DNA of 64,000 nt from Octopus bimaculoides (taxonomy: Eukaryota): contig NC_068998.1 of assembly GCF_001194135.2 (NCBI RefSeq), positions 39,619,085-39,683,084 on the forward strand, read 5' to 3'. A program made the position numbers and the translations under genes. Of the stretch, positions 1 through 13,622 are shown one piece after another. How positions within the stretch are numbered: the first letter of the stretch is position 1; each line of letters starts with the position of its first letter. A model generated the notes under the pieces. It was not told where the DNA came from and made no database searches. It saw only the letters and a list, made by a program, of their open reading frames with translations.

Positions 1-1227
1 TATATATATATATATATATGATAGGCTTCGTTCAGTTCCTGTCTACCAAATCCACTCACAAGGCTTTGGTTGGCCTGAGGCTATAGTAGAAGACACTTGC
101 CTAAGGTGCTATGTAGTGGAACTGAACCAGGAATCATGTGGTTGGGAAGCAAGCTTTTGACCACACAACCACAATTCTGCCCATATATAAATATTTAGGC
201 AGTGTGTTACATACCCCAGTGCTCCAATAATTACAGGTATAAACCTGAACTTGTAATCTGGGTAGAGTAACTGTAGATTGCTCAATAATTCAGCATAGGT
301 ATGTGTGTGTGTGTGTGTGTTGTATGCATGTGTGAGTGAGTGCAGGAGTATAACATGTGAGGGGTTGTGAGTGCATGTGTGTATGTGGAATTAAGACCAT
401 GTGGGAGTGAGGTACGGGTGTGTGATAGATGTAAATGAGTGTCAGTCATTATCAATATTCTGTGAAAACTTGTTTGGCCATGAGGAAATATAACATTACT
501 TGGAAACAGGTGAGGATTGGTGACAGCAAAGGCATCTGTTCAGGGAAAATTTTCCTCAATAAATTCTATCTGCTTCATTGCAAGCATGGAAAAGTGGACG
601 TTAAAACGATGATGATGTTACATGCAAATACCTAGATTTGTTCATTGCTATAATCAGTGTTCTTTCTTCTCTTCATCCTACACATTATCCCATATCCTAA
701 TGTAACATCTACCTGTACAAACAAGGTACATTGGCAAACATGCACAGATTATGAAATGTCTCATATACTACAGCTTCTAAATTACACCAGATACAATCGT
801 TGTTGTTGTTGTTGTTGCTGTTGTCCTTGCTGATAATGTTGCTGTTGTACAGATAAGGAGCCTCCCTAGCTTCACTCCATTCACTACAACCCACTACTAC
901 ACCTCCGTGGATGGATAAAAGCGGCTCCTTTCACTCATCACAACTATGGTAGTGCTAACCTATATAATATTTCCCTTTCAACAGAGTGAGGAATGAAGCT
1001 AAGCGTAAAGACATTGATAAGGGGAAAATTCAAATAGCAGGGGTGAAAATATGTTAAAATAATAATACTGAGAGAGAGAGAGAGAGAGAGGGAGAGATAT
1101 GATGAATCTTGTAGTTTGTGACACACACTTGCTCATAGAATGAAGCATAGAACAGAAAAATAGCTTCATTGTTATCTTTATTATTCATGGTTTGAGTTAT
1201 TAATTATTGTTATTATTATTTATTATA

Positions 1228-1678
1228 GGTGCAAGACTGCAAGCTGGTAGAATCGTTAGCATGCTGGGTCAAATGCTTAGCAACATTTCAGTCATCTTTA
1301 CATTCTGAGTTCAAATTCTGCCGAGGTCAACTTTGCCTTTCATCTTTTCGGGGCTGATAAAATAAGTACCAGTTACGGCACTGGAGGTTGATGTAATCGA
1401 TTACACCTCTCCCCTAAGATTTCAGGTCTTGTGCTTATAATAGAAAGGATTATTATAATTATTATTATTATTGTTATTGTTAAGGTGGTGAGCTGGTAGA
1501 ATTGTTAGTTAGCATGCCAGTATCATTGGTGGCATTGCATCCATCTTTACATTCACAGTTCAAATTCTGTCGAAGTCGACTTTGCATTTCATCCTTTCAA
1601 GGTTGATAAAATAGGTACCAGTCAAGTGCTGGGGTTGATGGAATCAACTAACCTGCTCTTGCCTATAGTAGAAAGGAT
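1228..1678 (+). mobile_element. Two tandem ~200-bp tRNA-head SINEs (family B, Meta-domain-like)
   Basis: GAGCTGGYAGAAT head, TTCAAATT B-box, CTTTGCCTTTCATCCTTT...GATAAAATAAGTACCAG domain resembling the MetaSINE core; separated by (TTA)n. Confidence 0.8.
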
Positions 1679-2540
1679 TATTATTGTTACTGGTAGTAGT
1701 AGTAGTAGTGGTGGTGTGATTGTTGTTGATATTATTATATCGGAAAGAACATGGTGGAGCAAGGTGGGAGTTGTCCAATTAAATTCAATTTCATAACCAT
1801 ATCTAATTGGTTTAGATAATCGGGCTTATATCAAAGTGACGGTGATAGTGGTGGTTGTCATGATGTGGTGATAACTGTGGCATTATATGTAATGATGTAA
1901 CGGAGATAATGAAGTTATATGGTGGGGATTTTGGTGAAGGTAAAGGTAGTTGTTATTATGATGGCGATAGTGATGTCTAGGTGTCTGTCTGCAAACAAAA
2001 TTTTACAAACATACATCCATCTAAACGAAAAAAGAAAGTAGCTACAGTAGATGGTAGCTAAATATACACGTGATGATAGAGGATGGTGGTTACATTAGAG
2101 GTAGGTTGTGATGGTATGGATATGTAATAGCATAGGATGGTAGTTATAGAATAAGAAGAGCAGACTAGAGGTACATCATAGTGATATGGACATGGGATAC
2201 AGGAAAATTATATTTAGAGTAGTATATGGTCATAGAATTGGTATAGTTCATTGATGGCAAATCTGTGATACGTGTTGTTAGTGACACACTGCGAGCTTTT
2301 TAGGTGACACATGATAGACTGAAAAAAAAAATCTCTTTGGAATATCATCATCATCATTTAACTTTTGTCTTTCATACTAGTGTGGGTTGGATGATTTGAC
2401 AGAGAGGATTTGATGAGTTGGAAGACTGTGTCTTTTTTGGTTTGTTTCCTAGGGCTCAACACCCTTCCTCATGCCAACCACTTTAAGTTTACCTAAAATC
2501 AAAATACATAGGCGTCTTCTACCATAACTTGTTACATATA

Positions 2541-2758
2541 CGAGGGGTGTGCTGAAAAGTTCCTGGCTTTAAGGATATCACGAAAGGCCTGGTAGGGGAC
2601 CCAATCTTCTGAGTTCTTTTACAGGGCTTAGAAAACCTGAATGATCACTGCAATAGGTGTGTAAATCTGAGAGGGGAATATGTTGAATGAAATCATAATT
2701 AACTGATCCTCTTGTATTTTCTTTTACCCAAAGCCAGGAACTTTTCAGTATCCCCTTG
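2541..2758. mobile_element. Mariner-derived MITE
   Basis: TIRs CGAGGGGTGTGCTGAAAAGTTCCTGGCTT / AAGCCAGGAACTTTTCAGTATCCCCTTG, TA TSD on both sides; internal GGGGAATATGTTGAATGA resembles a mariner transposase C-terminus (GEYVE*). Confidence 0.85.
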
Positions 2759-3034
2759 TATATATGTATGAATGTGTATATGTATATATCAATGCAAGTG
2801 TGTGTGTGCGTGTGTGTGTGCAAATGTTGATATTCCAATTCTTTGCTTGGTACCATATAATCAAAACAGGGAAAGAAGCTATGACAAGTTGCTCTGCACT
2901 TTCAAAGACTAGTGGTAAAACAGTTAAGTTTGGCCATAGGAAGAGCATCTAACCATAAAATACTGTCTCAAATCAGTCTCCCTCATTATCCAACAAATGC
3001 TAGCAGGAAAAAAAACTAATGTTAAACAAACATA

Positions 3035-3443
3035 GGCGCAGGAGTGGCTGTGTGGTAAGTAGCTTGCTTACCAACCACATGGTCCCGGGTTCAGTCCCAC
3101 TGCGTGGCACCTTGGACAAGTGTCTTCTACTATAGCCTCGGGCCGACCAAAGCCTTTTGAGTGGATTTGGTAGACGGAAACTGAAAGAAGCCCGTCGTAT
3201 ATATCTATATATATATGTGTGTGTGTGTATGTGTGTGTTTGTGTTTGTCCCCCTAGCATTGCTTGACAACCAATGCTGGTGTGTTTGTGTCCCTGTCACT
3301 TAGCGGTTCGGCAAAAGAGACTGATAGAATAAGTACTAGGCTTACAAAGAATAAGCCCCGGGGTCGATTTGCTCGACTAAAGGCGGTGCTCCAGCATGGC
3401 CGCAGTCAAATGACTGAAACAAGTAAACGAGTAAAAGAGTAAA
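3035..3443 (+). mobile_element. Full-length ~410-bp tRNA-head SINE (family A) with internal (TA)n(TG)n
   Basis: A-box-like GTGGCTGTGTGG, B-box-like GGTTCAGTCCC, internal microsatellite, 3' GCAGTCAAATGACTGAAACAAG and (AAGAGTA)n tail. Confidence 0.9.
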
Positions 3444-3780
3444 CAAGCCATCATGTGACTCTCCAATAACAAGATTATTAAAGGAATTAAAATTTTGACA
3501 CACAGGGCTTAAAAAGTTCATCATTGGTCAAGACCAACAAATCCACATGGAATTAAATATCAGAATGATTAATAGAATTATAACTAAATCAGGGCAAATA
3601 AAGAAATAAAATGCAACTGACCGTGTAATTTCTTCATGGAGATTATTGGGTTCTGAAGAAAAGAATTTCACCTTAAAACGGAACGTATATGAAGGTCCAA
3701 CTGCAATGAGAAAATAAAACAAAGACAATGGTAAAGATTAGCTGTAACAAACTGAAGTTGATAACATTTTACATCATTAA

Positions 3781-4064
3781 CTCTTTAGCTTTCACATTAT
3801 TTTGTCGAAAGTAATGTTCATTTATTTAGATTGTTTTGAGTTAATCATTCATTATTTTGTAGCTTGGAGATTCTGGTGAGATAACTGTTAATGATATAGT
3901 ATGATATAGTAACGTTAATGTGATATAGAATGATATAGTAACATTAGTTACTAATGATATAGAATGATATAGTAACGTTAGTGTGAGAGACTCGATCTGG
4001 CCAGTTTGAACACAAAACGGGTATAATATTTTGGCTGGATATGACTGGTTTAAATGCTAAAGGG
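3781..4064. mobile_element. piggyBac-type MITE (TTAA)
   Basis: TTAA-CTCTTTAG...CTAAAGGG-TTAA; carries an internal ~29-bp tandem expansion at 3890-3985. Confidence 0.75.
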
Positions 4065-4126
4065 TTAAAACTGCAGGTATGGCTGTGTGATTGAGAAGCT
4101 TACTTCTCAAATATGTGGTCTTGGTG

Positions 4127-4955
4127 TACATCAGTCTTGTATGTTGAGAAAAGGTCAATTTGTCAGAAAAAGCAAAAGAAAATCACTACATCAGATCTAA
4201 AAGACTCTTAAACAAACTGAAAAATCCAGCAAAAGAAGATTTGATTTGGTTTTTCTCAAACGAGAAAAACTTTGACCAAGATCAGAAAGTTAGCTGAAGA
4301 GATGACAGATGGTTATATGCAGACCCTTCTGAAGTTCCAAGTGTTATACATACAAAATTTCCTGCAACTGTCATGGTTTCAGGGGTTGTCAGCAATGGAG
4401 GACATGTGATACCTCCTTAGTTCTTTCCACAAGGCCTTAGAGTTAACTCTGCCACCTACACTGAGGTCCTGGAAATAATTGTTAAGCCCTGGATAGACAC
4501 TGTATGCAATGGAAGGCCACTGTTTCAGTAGGACTCTGCACTATCACACATCATGACTCTAATAACACAGGAATGGATGGCTGAAAATTTTCACGGCAAC
4601 ATAATCCCTAACATTTGACCTCCTAATTCCCCAGATCTCACTCCATTGGACTATTACATGTGGAGTGTTGTTGAGAGAGAGTCAATGAACATGCCCATAA
4701 CACCAAAGATTCTTTGAAAGCGGCCATAGTCTGAGTAATGTCCAGAATGAACCAGGACCACTTGATTCAAGCGTGTAGATGATTTAGATCTCATATAGAA
4801 GCATTTGTTGAAGCTGAAGGTGGCTTTATTGAATAACATTATAGAAAAGAAGGTTTATTTTTATCCTCATAGCGTTTTTTGATAAAGTTATCTGTTATTA
4901 TATATCTGTTTTTTTTATAAACATAAATCTGTCCTCAAATATCTTATGCATCCTG
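4127..4955 (+). pseudogene. Decayed Tc1/mariner maT (DD37D-type) transposase with right terminus
   Basis: Translates to LIWFFSNEKNFDQD...KFPATVMVSGVVSNGGHV...VKPWID...DSALSH...PPNSPDLTPLDYYMW...EAEGGFIE*, with stops and frameshifts; second and third D are 38 codons apart in this copy; ends CATCCTG-TA. Confidence 0.85.
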
Positions 4956-6116
4956 TATATATACTTACACATGTATGAATGCATGTATGTGTTTGCACTA
5001 ATACATGAATGCATTCATATGTAAGTGCATGACTGTGTGTGTGCACGCGCATTCTTTTATTCTATTATTGTTCTCGGTCACTATATTATCACAATGCTAG
5101 GTCACTTCTTTTGAAAGTACTATAGTTGACTACCTTCCTTTACCCAGCCAAATATTTCTTTAATTGTCTTTAGTAAAGTAAAAGTCAAAGTAACTCTGGG
5201 TGTGATTGGAGCTCAGAATATAACCTACTTTCGAAATGCACTAACAATTCTACCACTCACCTACTATATGTATGTATTGGGGGTGCAAAGGCATAACTTT
5301 CTGGTTAAGATATTCCCTTTGCAACCACATGGTTTTAGGTTCAGTCCTACTATGCAGCACCATTGTTATTGTAGTAGGTTGAGTAATGCCTTGTGAGTGA
5401 TAAACAGCAACTGTATTAAGACTATTGTATACAGATAAGTGAATGTGCATATGATAAATAGATATGTTATCATCATTTTGTTGATGCTCTCCCTGTTGCC
5501 AATCTTCACCTGTTTTCAAGCAAAGTATTAGTTTCCCACTGGATGGGCATGTTTGTGCTCAGTCCCACAGTGCAGCACCTGGGGCAGGTGTCTTATTATA
5601 TAACTTCAGGTTGATTAAAACTTCATGAGTGGATTTGATAGACAGAAACTGAAAGAAGCTCATCATACATATACATGAACCTGTATGTATATGTATGTGT
5701 GTGTGTATGTATTTATGTGTGTGTGTATGTGTGTGTGTATGTATGTATGTATGTACAGACCTGTTTGCCTAAAATGATGCAAAGTGCATTGTGACCAGCA
5801 ATGTATAACATCTGATAGTCTGGTTGATCATGTGATCTTGTTATATATAGATATATATATATATATATTGCTGTTTAGTTACATGTGTCTTAGCATCATG
5901 TGCTGGTTGTAAACAAGTGTCACTGTTGTTCAAATGAGGTTGTTCATTTCCAGTATTCTGCTGAAATCATGTCTGGCCATGGGGAAAATACAACCTTACT
6001 TGGAAAAGTGACAGGGAGGGCATCCAGCTCTAGCAAATAAGCCTCGTGAATTTCTTGATCCATGGGAGCAAGGAAAAGTGGATGTTAAAACAATGATGAT
6101 GGTAATGATGGCAATG

Positions 6117-6156
<40 letters not shown>

Positions 6157-6786
6157 ATACATACATACACACACACAATAATATCAAATAGTGAGAATGA
6201 AAGCTCAACACCATATTTGGTGGATAAAAATTCTATACTTTTGGATTAACAATGCTACCAATAGTTTCAGTCCCATCCAAAATGAAGGCAATAACTAACA
6301 CTTTTTAGTGGATCACTAGAAAATTGGGGAAATTCTTTCCTCATGAAACCATTGGTACCATTGTTAATCCACAAAAAAGCTCAAAGGATATATATATATA
6401 TATACATATATATATATTCATACATACAAATACACCACATTCATATATACATACACACATATGCACACGCATATAGTCTTATATATTGGTAGACAGGATA
6501 ATAACTGAGCAACTTTTTGCTTATGGAGATAGAAATATGGCACACACATAAACAGGTCAGTTTTCAGACAAGCAGTCCAAGCTGTGGCATCTATCATAAC
6601 GCAATGGTGAAGGTAGATGTGTTATTTAAAGTGACACAAACGACTGTCCTATGAATTTCCAGCTTTGTACAAGCTGTCAGAGTTATTTACTCTCCCTTAA
6701 CTGTTAGTTTTATTATTTCTGTGTGAACATTTGTTTCAAAATGACTTTCTCATTAAATTGATCTAACAGCAGAGAGAGAGACAGAC

Positions 6787-6842
<56 letters not shown>

Positions 6843-7115
6843 AGAGGGAAGGAAAGAGAGAGTGTGTGTGTGTATGTGTGCAATGGCTCTTTTTGGTAAG
6901 GTGACATGTCTGCTGTATATTCATAGTTACACACACATACACATTAGCACATACAAACATACACACACACATACACAAGCATTTATGTGTGTGTGTGTAG
7001 CTGTCTGTCTGTCTGTCTGTATGTCCTTGTAGTTATCTGTGCAGATTTTCATATATACATAAATATACTGTGTATGTATATATTATATAGTTGCATTTAT
7101 ATATACTTATATATA

Positions 7116-7778
7116 CAGGGATCGATGGGTAAATTGTTGCCATTTTATATCTTTAATTTCACGCAAGCACATTGTTTGTTTTTTATTTTGTTGACTACAC
7201 AGTATGGTAGGTCAGTTGGGAACCGTCTGTGAGAAAAAAACAGCACAACGACACAATTCATTCTGCCAGAAATTTGGAAATGACATGCTGTACTGTTTGG
7301 CATTTGCACCGGAAGCTCCAGTACTGACATTTCAGATTGTTTGGGAGTCAATCTGAGGACAATGCATGTACCAAGAATGATAAAAATCTAACATCCAGTC
7401 AACATCATGGTGTTTAGAGTGATCACTAGTGATGGTGACGTTATGTCTCCATTTACCTTCCCACACAACCTCAGACTCAACACAGGAGCCTACATAAAGT
7501 GCCTGGAAGAGGTAGTGCTGCCTTGGAAAGATGACCTGAAGGCAACGATTATGGTAGCATTCATCAACTTAAACAAGGAGACCATCTAGAAGAGTTGCAG
7601 GAGATTCCAAAGTCATCTGGAGGCTGTGGTTGAAGCCAATGGCGATTTTATTGAATGAATTTACTCTTTAGTATTTCAAGATATTTTCATGTAATTTTGG
7701 TAAATATATTTGTTAAAATGAGATGTCAGTGTTATTTTCATTTTTGCGTAATTAAGACAAGATATTCACCACACCCTG
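7116..7778 (+). mobile_element. Internally deleted maT-type DNA transposon
   Basis: TA-CAGGG...CCCTG-TA ends; pieces GICTGSSSTDISDCLGVNLRT (HTH-like), HPVNIMVFRVITSDGDVM...EEVVLPW and LEAVVEANGDFIE*. Confidence 0.8.
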
Positions 7779-8030
7779 TACATTTTGTAAGGAGTGAGTG
7801 AGAAGTAAGAAGCTTGCTTCCCAACCACACGGTTCTGGGTTCAGAGGCTTGCACTAATGCACCAGGCATGTTTAAAAATGCTGTCTGAGCTGCTTTCATC
7901 ACATGAAACTAACAGTAGGTCATAAAAACACATACTGTGTTTATCAAATAATATTTCTCTCTCACCAGATGGAATACTTTATTGTTCATCTTACCTTCAT
8001 GGAACAGTACACTATGTATATATATATATA

Positions 8031-8425
8031 GGTGTAGGAGTGGTAAGTAGCTTGCTTACCAACCACATGGTTCCGGGTTCAGTCCCACTGCATGGCACCT
8101 TGGGCAAGTGTCTTCTACTATAGCCTCGGGCCGACCAAAGCCTTGTGAGTGGATTTGGTAGACGGAAACTGAAAGAAGCCCGTCGTATATATGTATATAT
8201 ATGTATGTGTGTGCATATGTTTGCATGCCTGTGTTTGTCCCCCCAACATCGCTTGACAACCGATGCTGTGTGTTTATGTCCCCATAACTTAGCGGTTCGG
8301 CAAAAGAGACCGATAGAATAAGTACTAGGCTTCCAAAGAATAAGTCCTGGGGTCGATTTGTTCGACTAAAGGTGGTGCTCCAGCATGGCCACAGTCAAAT
8401 GACTGAAACCAGTAAAAGAGTAAAG
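8031..8425 (+). mobile_element. Family A SINE, near full length
   Basis: Colinear with 3035-3443. Confidence 0.9.
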
Positions 8426-10273
8426 AGAGAGTAAGAGTATATGAAGGGGGGGGGGAGAGAGAGAGAGAGAGAGAGAGACAAAGACAAAGATATAGTATGC
8501 ATGTCACACATGAAGGAGTATGGCTTTGTAGCTTGTACCATGCTTTTGGTGACTATTTTAAGTGTGTAAGTAGTAGTAAACAGACATAAATACCCTTAAA
8601 AGCTATCTCACCTTTGACCCAGTAGAACATTCAGATTGTAATGGCTGGAGAGAGAGAGAGTAGGGGGAGATAGAGAGAGACGACTGCACCAGTTGACTGG
8701 TACTCATTTTCAGTTGAATAAACTGGAGCAACATGGAAGGTAGTGCCATGCTCAAAGATTCAATGTGACATTCAGTCCAGTAATCGAACACATGATTGTG
8801 AGCCCACCACTGTAAACATTAAGTCATACACCTTCATATATATTATCATTGTCATCATCATTAACATCTAGTTTTCCATGTTTGCATGGGTCACATGGAA
8901 TTCATTGAGGCAGACTTTCTAAAGTCAGATGCTCTTCCAGCTGCCAACGCTATTTGCACATGGCCTGACATGTTTTCATGGAAGATTGAAAATGAAAAAT
9001 GCCACTCATATGACAGTAATGCATGTTTACAACTATCACATAATGTCAAGGCAAGAAGATAGTAATACACACCTCATTGTCTATATATTTATAATTTAAA
9101 ACAGTGTTGCCGAATTTGGCAATCCAAAACCTGAAAGAGTCTGGCTTCCATTAGAAGCCTGTGAAACTTGAAGTCACATAGAACCAAATCAAACTGTTTT
9201 AAATAATACATGTAACTCCTATTAAATGAGTTGGGTGCCCTTTTGTTTCATTTGTCCACTCACTCATATGTGTGTTTGTGTGTATGTATATGTATATATT
9301 ACATACACACTATGGGCTTTTTTCAGTTTCCATCTACCAAATCCAGTCATAGGGCTATAGTAGTAGATGACACTAACTCAAGGGGCTACTAGTGGGAGTG
9401 AACCCAAAACCCTGTAGTTGGGAAGCAAACTCCTTAACTACATAGCTATGCTTGCACTGGATTGTTTATGTCCGATTTTCCATGTGAAAAATATGAGCAA
9501 CATATTTCGGGAGAATGTTTATATATATAGACTGTTTTCATAACCAAGAGGAAAGGAGTGATGGAGTAACCCTCCAATTCCATTAAGCTACTGTTTGAAA
9601 GAAAAAAAAAAAGAAAAAAAAGATGGTTGTAGAGTGCACAAATAGTTGTTGTAATTGTTGTATAAAACTACCTGATGATTGATGTATGTACAAATGGATG
9701 GAGGAGTTGGGGGACAGAGGCCATGGGGTAGAGTAAATTAACAGGAATCAGAAAAACACCTTCCTTACTCCCTCCACACTTCTCAGTAACCATGACACTG
9801 TTAGCTCCTACAGAGTTACACTATAGGGGTGGGTATATCTGAAAACACTTGGCTCCCTCCTCTTGACACCCCACACACACACATCTATGTATGTGTGAGT
9901 GTATGTATACACATGTATAGACTGTGAATACATCTTCCTTTGAGTTCAAATTCTACCACACTGCCAGCTTCTCCCACCTTGTGACCCTGGACACACAGAC
10001 ACAACAAGATTAATGGATGCCCTTAAACCCTTTGTTTCTCTCCTTTGCCTCCCTCCAATCTACTCTCCTTCCTTACCTCCCCCCTCTCTCTCCCCACCCT
10101 TGTTTTTCCCCCTCTGCCTTCTTCACACTTTCCATCTCTCTCTCCCTCTTTCTCTCACCCTATCTGCCTCTCTTTTTCTCTTACTCACCCTCTACAAACA
10201 CACTATCTCTCATAAACATACAGCTTACTCATTTAACATTGTTTTTTTTCTACATTGTCATACTTATGATCAC

Positions 10274-10305
<32 letters not shown>

Positions 10306-10567
10306 GTGATATACATATATATGTATGTACCAAAGTGATTCACTTGATTTGGAGACAATAGCGTAGCTGACCCCTAAATTGTGACCCCAACTTAACCCCT
10401 CATTTCAGTAGCTACACAGAAATTATGGAAAGGCATTTGAAAATACAAGGAGAGGAAATAAAAGACAAAACTAATTTGCCTTGATTTGATTTTCACTGCA
10501 TATAAACGCCTGTCCACCCATTTTATGTGTATTCACCCACCCACTAACTTTGAGTGTGCATACACAT

Positions 10568-10601
<34 letters not shown>

Positions 10602-10831
10602 CCATTACATATAACTAACCACCAAGAGCACATCAAGCACAGACTTGGTTGTGTGGTTAAGAAGTTGGCTTCACAACCACAAAGTTACTGGTTCAATCCT
10701 ACTACATGATACATTGGGCAAATGTCTTCTACAGCAACTTCAAGTTGCTAAATACCTTGTGGTATTTTGGCCTCTCTGAAATAGCAGCCTATTAACCCTC
10801 AGTTCATACTTACACTCTTAAAAGAAGCAAA

Positions 10832-11494
10832 GGATCTAGTTCAAAACGGGGTCACCAGTTTTCATTTATGTTTTTTGTAGTGTTTTTGGTACCGAAAGAC
10901 TTTCAAACTTCGTATACTTATCTATTTTGTGTTATAGAACAGAAAAAAATTTTTGTTATCGAATTAATTTCATGTAAAAAATTGTCTTATTTCGATAATT
11001 TCAACCAATCACTGACAAGTATTCAGCTGTTTACAGTTACTCCTTTGGCAGTTTAAGCGGTGTAAAGTGTATTTAATCTCCATTACTTCTGACATTTTGC
11101 AGAGAGGCAACACACGTGTGTTCGTTTTCCCTAACCGACTTGCTCCTTCCCTCAAAAACCAGGCCTTGTGCCTATAATAGAAAGGTTTATTAGCTACTGC
11201 CAATATGTTTCAGCCATTTTTTGACAAGGAAATAATAATTTTATCACCGCCAGAATCGTTTGAGAATCGTTTGTTTACGTAGTCAGCACTTAATGTATTC
11301 GGCTGAATGGACGTCAGTCATTGGTTGAAATTACAGAAATACGACAACTTTAACATGAAATAAATTGCAATATAATAATTTTTCTTAAGAAGACTAAGAG
11401 AAAAAGATGTTTTATATGACACATTCTACCAGTGTCCCAAGTTTCAAAGTGTTTCGTTAAGAAAATACTGGTGCCCCCGTTTTGAACTAGATCC
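10832..11494. mobile_element. Non-autonomous DNA transposon with GG-starting TIRs and 8-bp TSD (Merlin- or MULE-like)
   Basis: TIR GGATCTAGTTCAAAACGGGG(T/G)CACCAG at both ends; perfect TSD GAAGCAAA at 10824-10831 and 11495-11502. Confidence 0.85.
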
Positions 11495-11541
11495 GAAGCA
11501 AACACACACCTGATAACATAGGCTTAGATACATAGAGAGAA

Positions 11542-11612
11542 GGATGGGATAACCATGGATGGGATAACCATGGATGGGATAACCATGGATGGGATAACCA
11601 TGAATGGGATAC
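11542..11612. repeat. 15-bp tandem repeat GGATGGGATAACCAT, about 4.5 copies
   Basis: Direct inspection. Confidence 0.9.
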
Positions 11613-12620
11613 CTTTGATCATAAAACTACTAGTTAAGATTTGATCTGGGGTTAAACAACCATCACAACACACACACAACCAAATATGGCAAACATATCA
11701 ATAGCAAACACACTTCCCCCACCATGCAAACACAGTCACCACTCCATCGATCAATCTGTAACTGCCAAAAAGCTGACTTCATGTCAGCTCAGACCATCTT
11801 CTCTAAAGAAGCTGTATATCAAACAACTTTAGCATCTCTGTACGGCACTGAAAGGAATTGTTATAGGTCTGCCAGTGAACACCTTCAATGACCCCTTTTA
11901 ATATTTCCATTCAAGGAACAAGAAAAATCCCATATCTCTGTTACAATTCATCTTAAAACTCAGACCAAAATCTGACAACTTTTAATAGCATAGATTATCA
12001 TTCATAGAGTCAATCCATACTTTACTGTAATGAAGTATGAAACTGTAAACATTGCTTGACTGAAAAATTCTACATCCTGAAGAAATCTAAGGCATCTCTT
12101 TTAACAATGATCAAAAACACTGTGCATATGTCACCACCAATGGAAGTTCATCTTGGAAAACTTTTCAATATTTTCAGTCACTTAAACATGACAACCCACA
12201 GAGAAACTGCCTCTAAAATATTGGCATCAGCCTCAGTGAATTATTATCTTTGAAGACAATAACCATGTGTTGCTTCCTTCAACAAAATACAGTGGCTTTG
12301 TAAGCTCAGGCCACAGTAACTCCAATCACATGATCAGCCTTAATCAGTGAGATTGTGTGTGTGTGTGTGTGTGTGTGTGTTTTAATGAGAATGGCAAAAG
12401 CATTGGACAAAAGAAAAAACTTGATATCACTTGTTTATGATTCCTTATGTCCCTTTTATCATCCTGAGGATTATTAAATAACAAGACAAAGTATTACGAT
12501 CAATATAATTGTTTCAACTCTTGTAGGTGACAAGCATGGTTGCAGAGTCAACAACTGAAGCCAATACAAGAATAAAAGACTGTATTGAAGTATATATGTC
12601 ATATCTAGCTAGATTATTAA

Positions 12621-12834
12621 ACCTTCAGCATTTAAACTAATCATATCTGGCCCAAACATTCTATTTGTTTTATGTTCAAACTGGTTAGATCTGGCCTCTC
12701 ATGCCTACTCCACAATGCAATTCTGAAAAATAACCTGTCACATCATGGCTGTGAGATAATAATGCATGATTAATTCAAAATAATGGGAAAAAAATAAGCA
12801 TTACATTTAACAGAGTAATCTGAATACTAAAGGG
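12621..12834. mobile_element. piggyBac-type MITE (TTAA)
   Basis: TTAA-ACCTTCAGCATT...CTAAAGGG-TTAA; same family. Confidence 0.75.
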
Positions 12835-12850
12835 TTAAAAACATGAATAT

Positions 12851-13080
12851 AATCTTTTCTACTCTAGGCACAAGGCTCGGAATTGGGGTGGGGGGTGGGG
12901 GTGGGGTGGCAGTCGATTAGATCTACCCCAGTACGCAACTGGTACTTAATTTATCAACCCCCAAAAGGATAAAAGGCAAAGTCGACCTCAGTAGAATTTG
13001 AACTCAGAACATAAACACAGATGAAATACCGCTAAGCATTTTGCTCGGCATGCTAATGTTTCTGCCAGCTCGCAACCTTA
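12851..13080 (-). mobile_element. Family B SINE
   Basis: Reverse complement of the family B sequence. Confidence 0.85.
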
Positions 13081-13229
13081 GAAACATGATATACACTGAT
13101 AGGGACATTGACATGACTTGCATATAAGTACTTTAATCACATTACCTACTGTACCGTAACTATCTGTCAACTCTGAAGCAGGAATGGTCAATATTTTTCA
13201 TTACAACGAAGCAAAATAATGTGTTACAT

Positions 13230-13622
13230 TAAACCTTTTGTTAAGATATTTCTAATGAAATACACTGCCTTTTTTTTTTTTTTTGCAATTAATTTTGAAA
13301 TCAACAAAGAGTTTAGTGAAATAACTGTCATTATTAAGCTGATGTTTGGAACATAAATTAGCATGAAATTTTGATAGAAGTTTTATTTTATATAACTTCA
13401 ACCCTTTGATACCAACCCGTCTGAGATGATCTTTGCTTTTAAGATACAAATTTTCTAACGTTTTTATCATATTTCTGTTGAAATACATTATCTTTGTTTC
13501 AAGTAATTATGAAAATAATGAAGCAATTTAGTAAAATAACTTTGAGATAATTAAGTTTGTGTCTAGCGCATAAATTAACACGAAATTTTGATGGAAGGTT
13601 TTAATTTAAATCACTTTAAAAG
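13230..13622. repeat. AT-rich modular repeat (two ~165-bp units)
   Basis: ATATTTCT.TTGAAATACA...CATAAATTA.CA.GAAATTTTGAT.GAAG occurs twice; same family at 63050-63740 in both orientations, with TTAA-CCTTT ends. Confidence 0.65.

Noticed and set aside
709-894. ORF GCSEWSEAREAPYLY..., faintly chitinase-like
   Set aside because: Runs into an (AAC)n repeat, has no good acceptor and no other GH18 motifs nearby.
3035-3110. tRNA-like sequences at SINE heads
   Set aside because: Only A/B-box remnants continuing into SINE bodies; no complete cloverleaf.
3000-3299. Recurring ORF ...GFGRPEAIVEDTCPRCH... (also at 8056, 17735, 62109)
   Set aside because: Antisense translation of the family A SINE, not a gene family.
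11840-12300. Possible CR1/L2 RT remnant (VTTNGSSSW...PQRNCL)
   Set aside because: Too degenerate to support by eye; would need tBLASTn. The same applies to 46500-47300.
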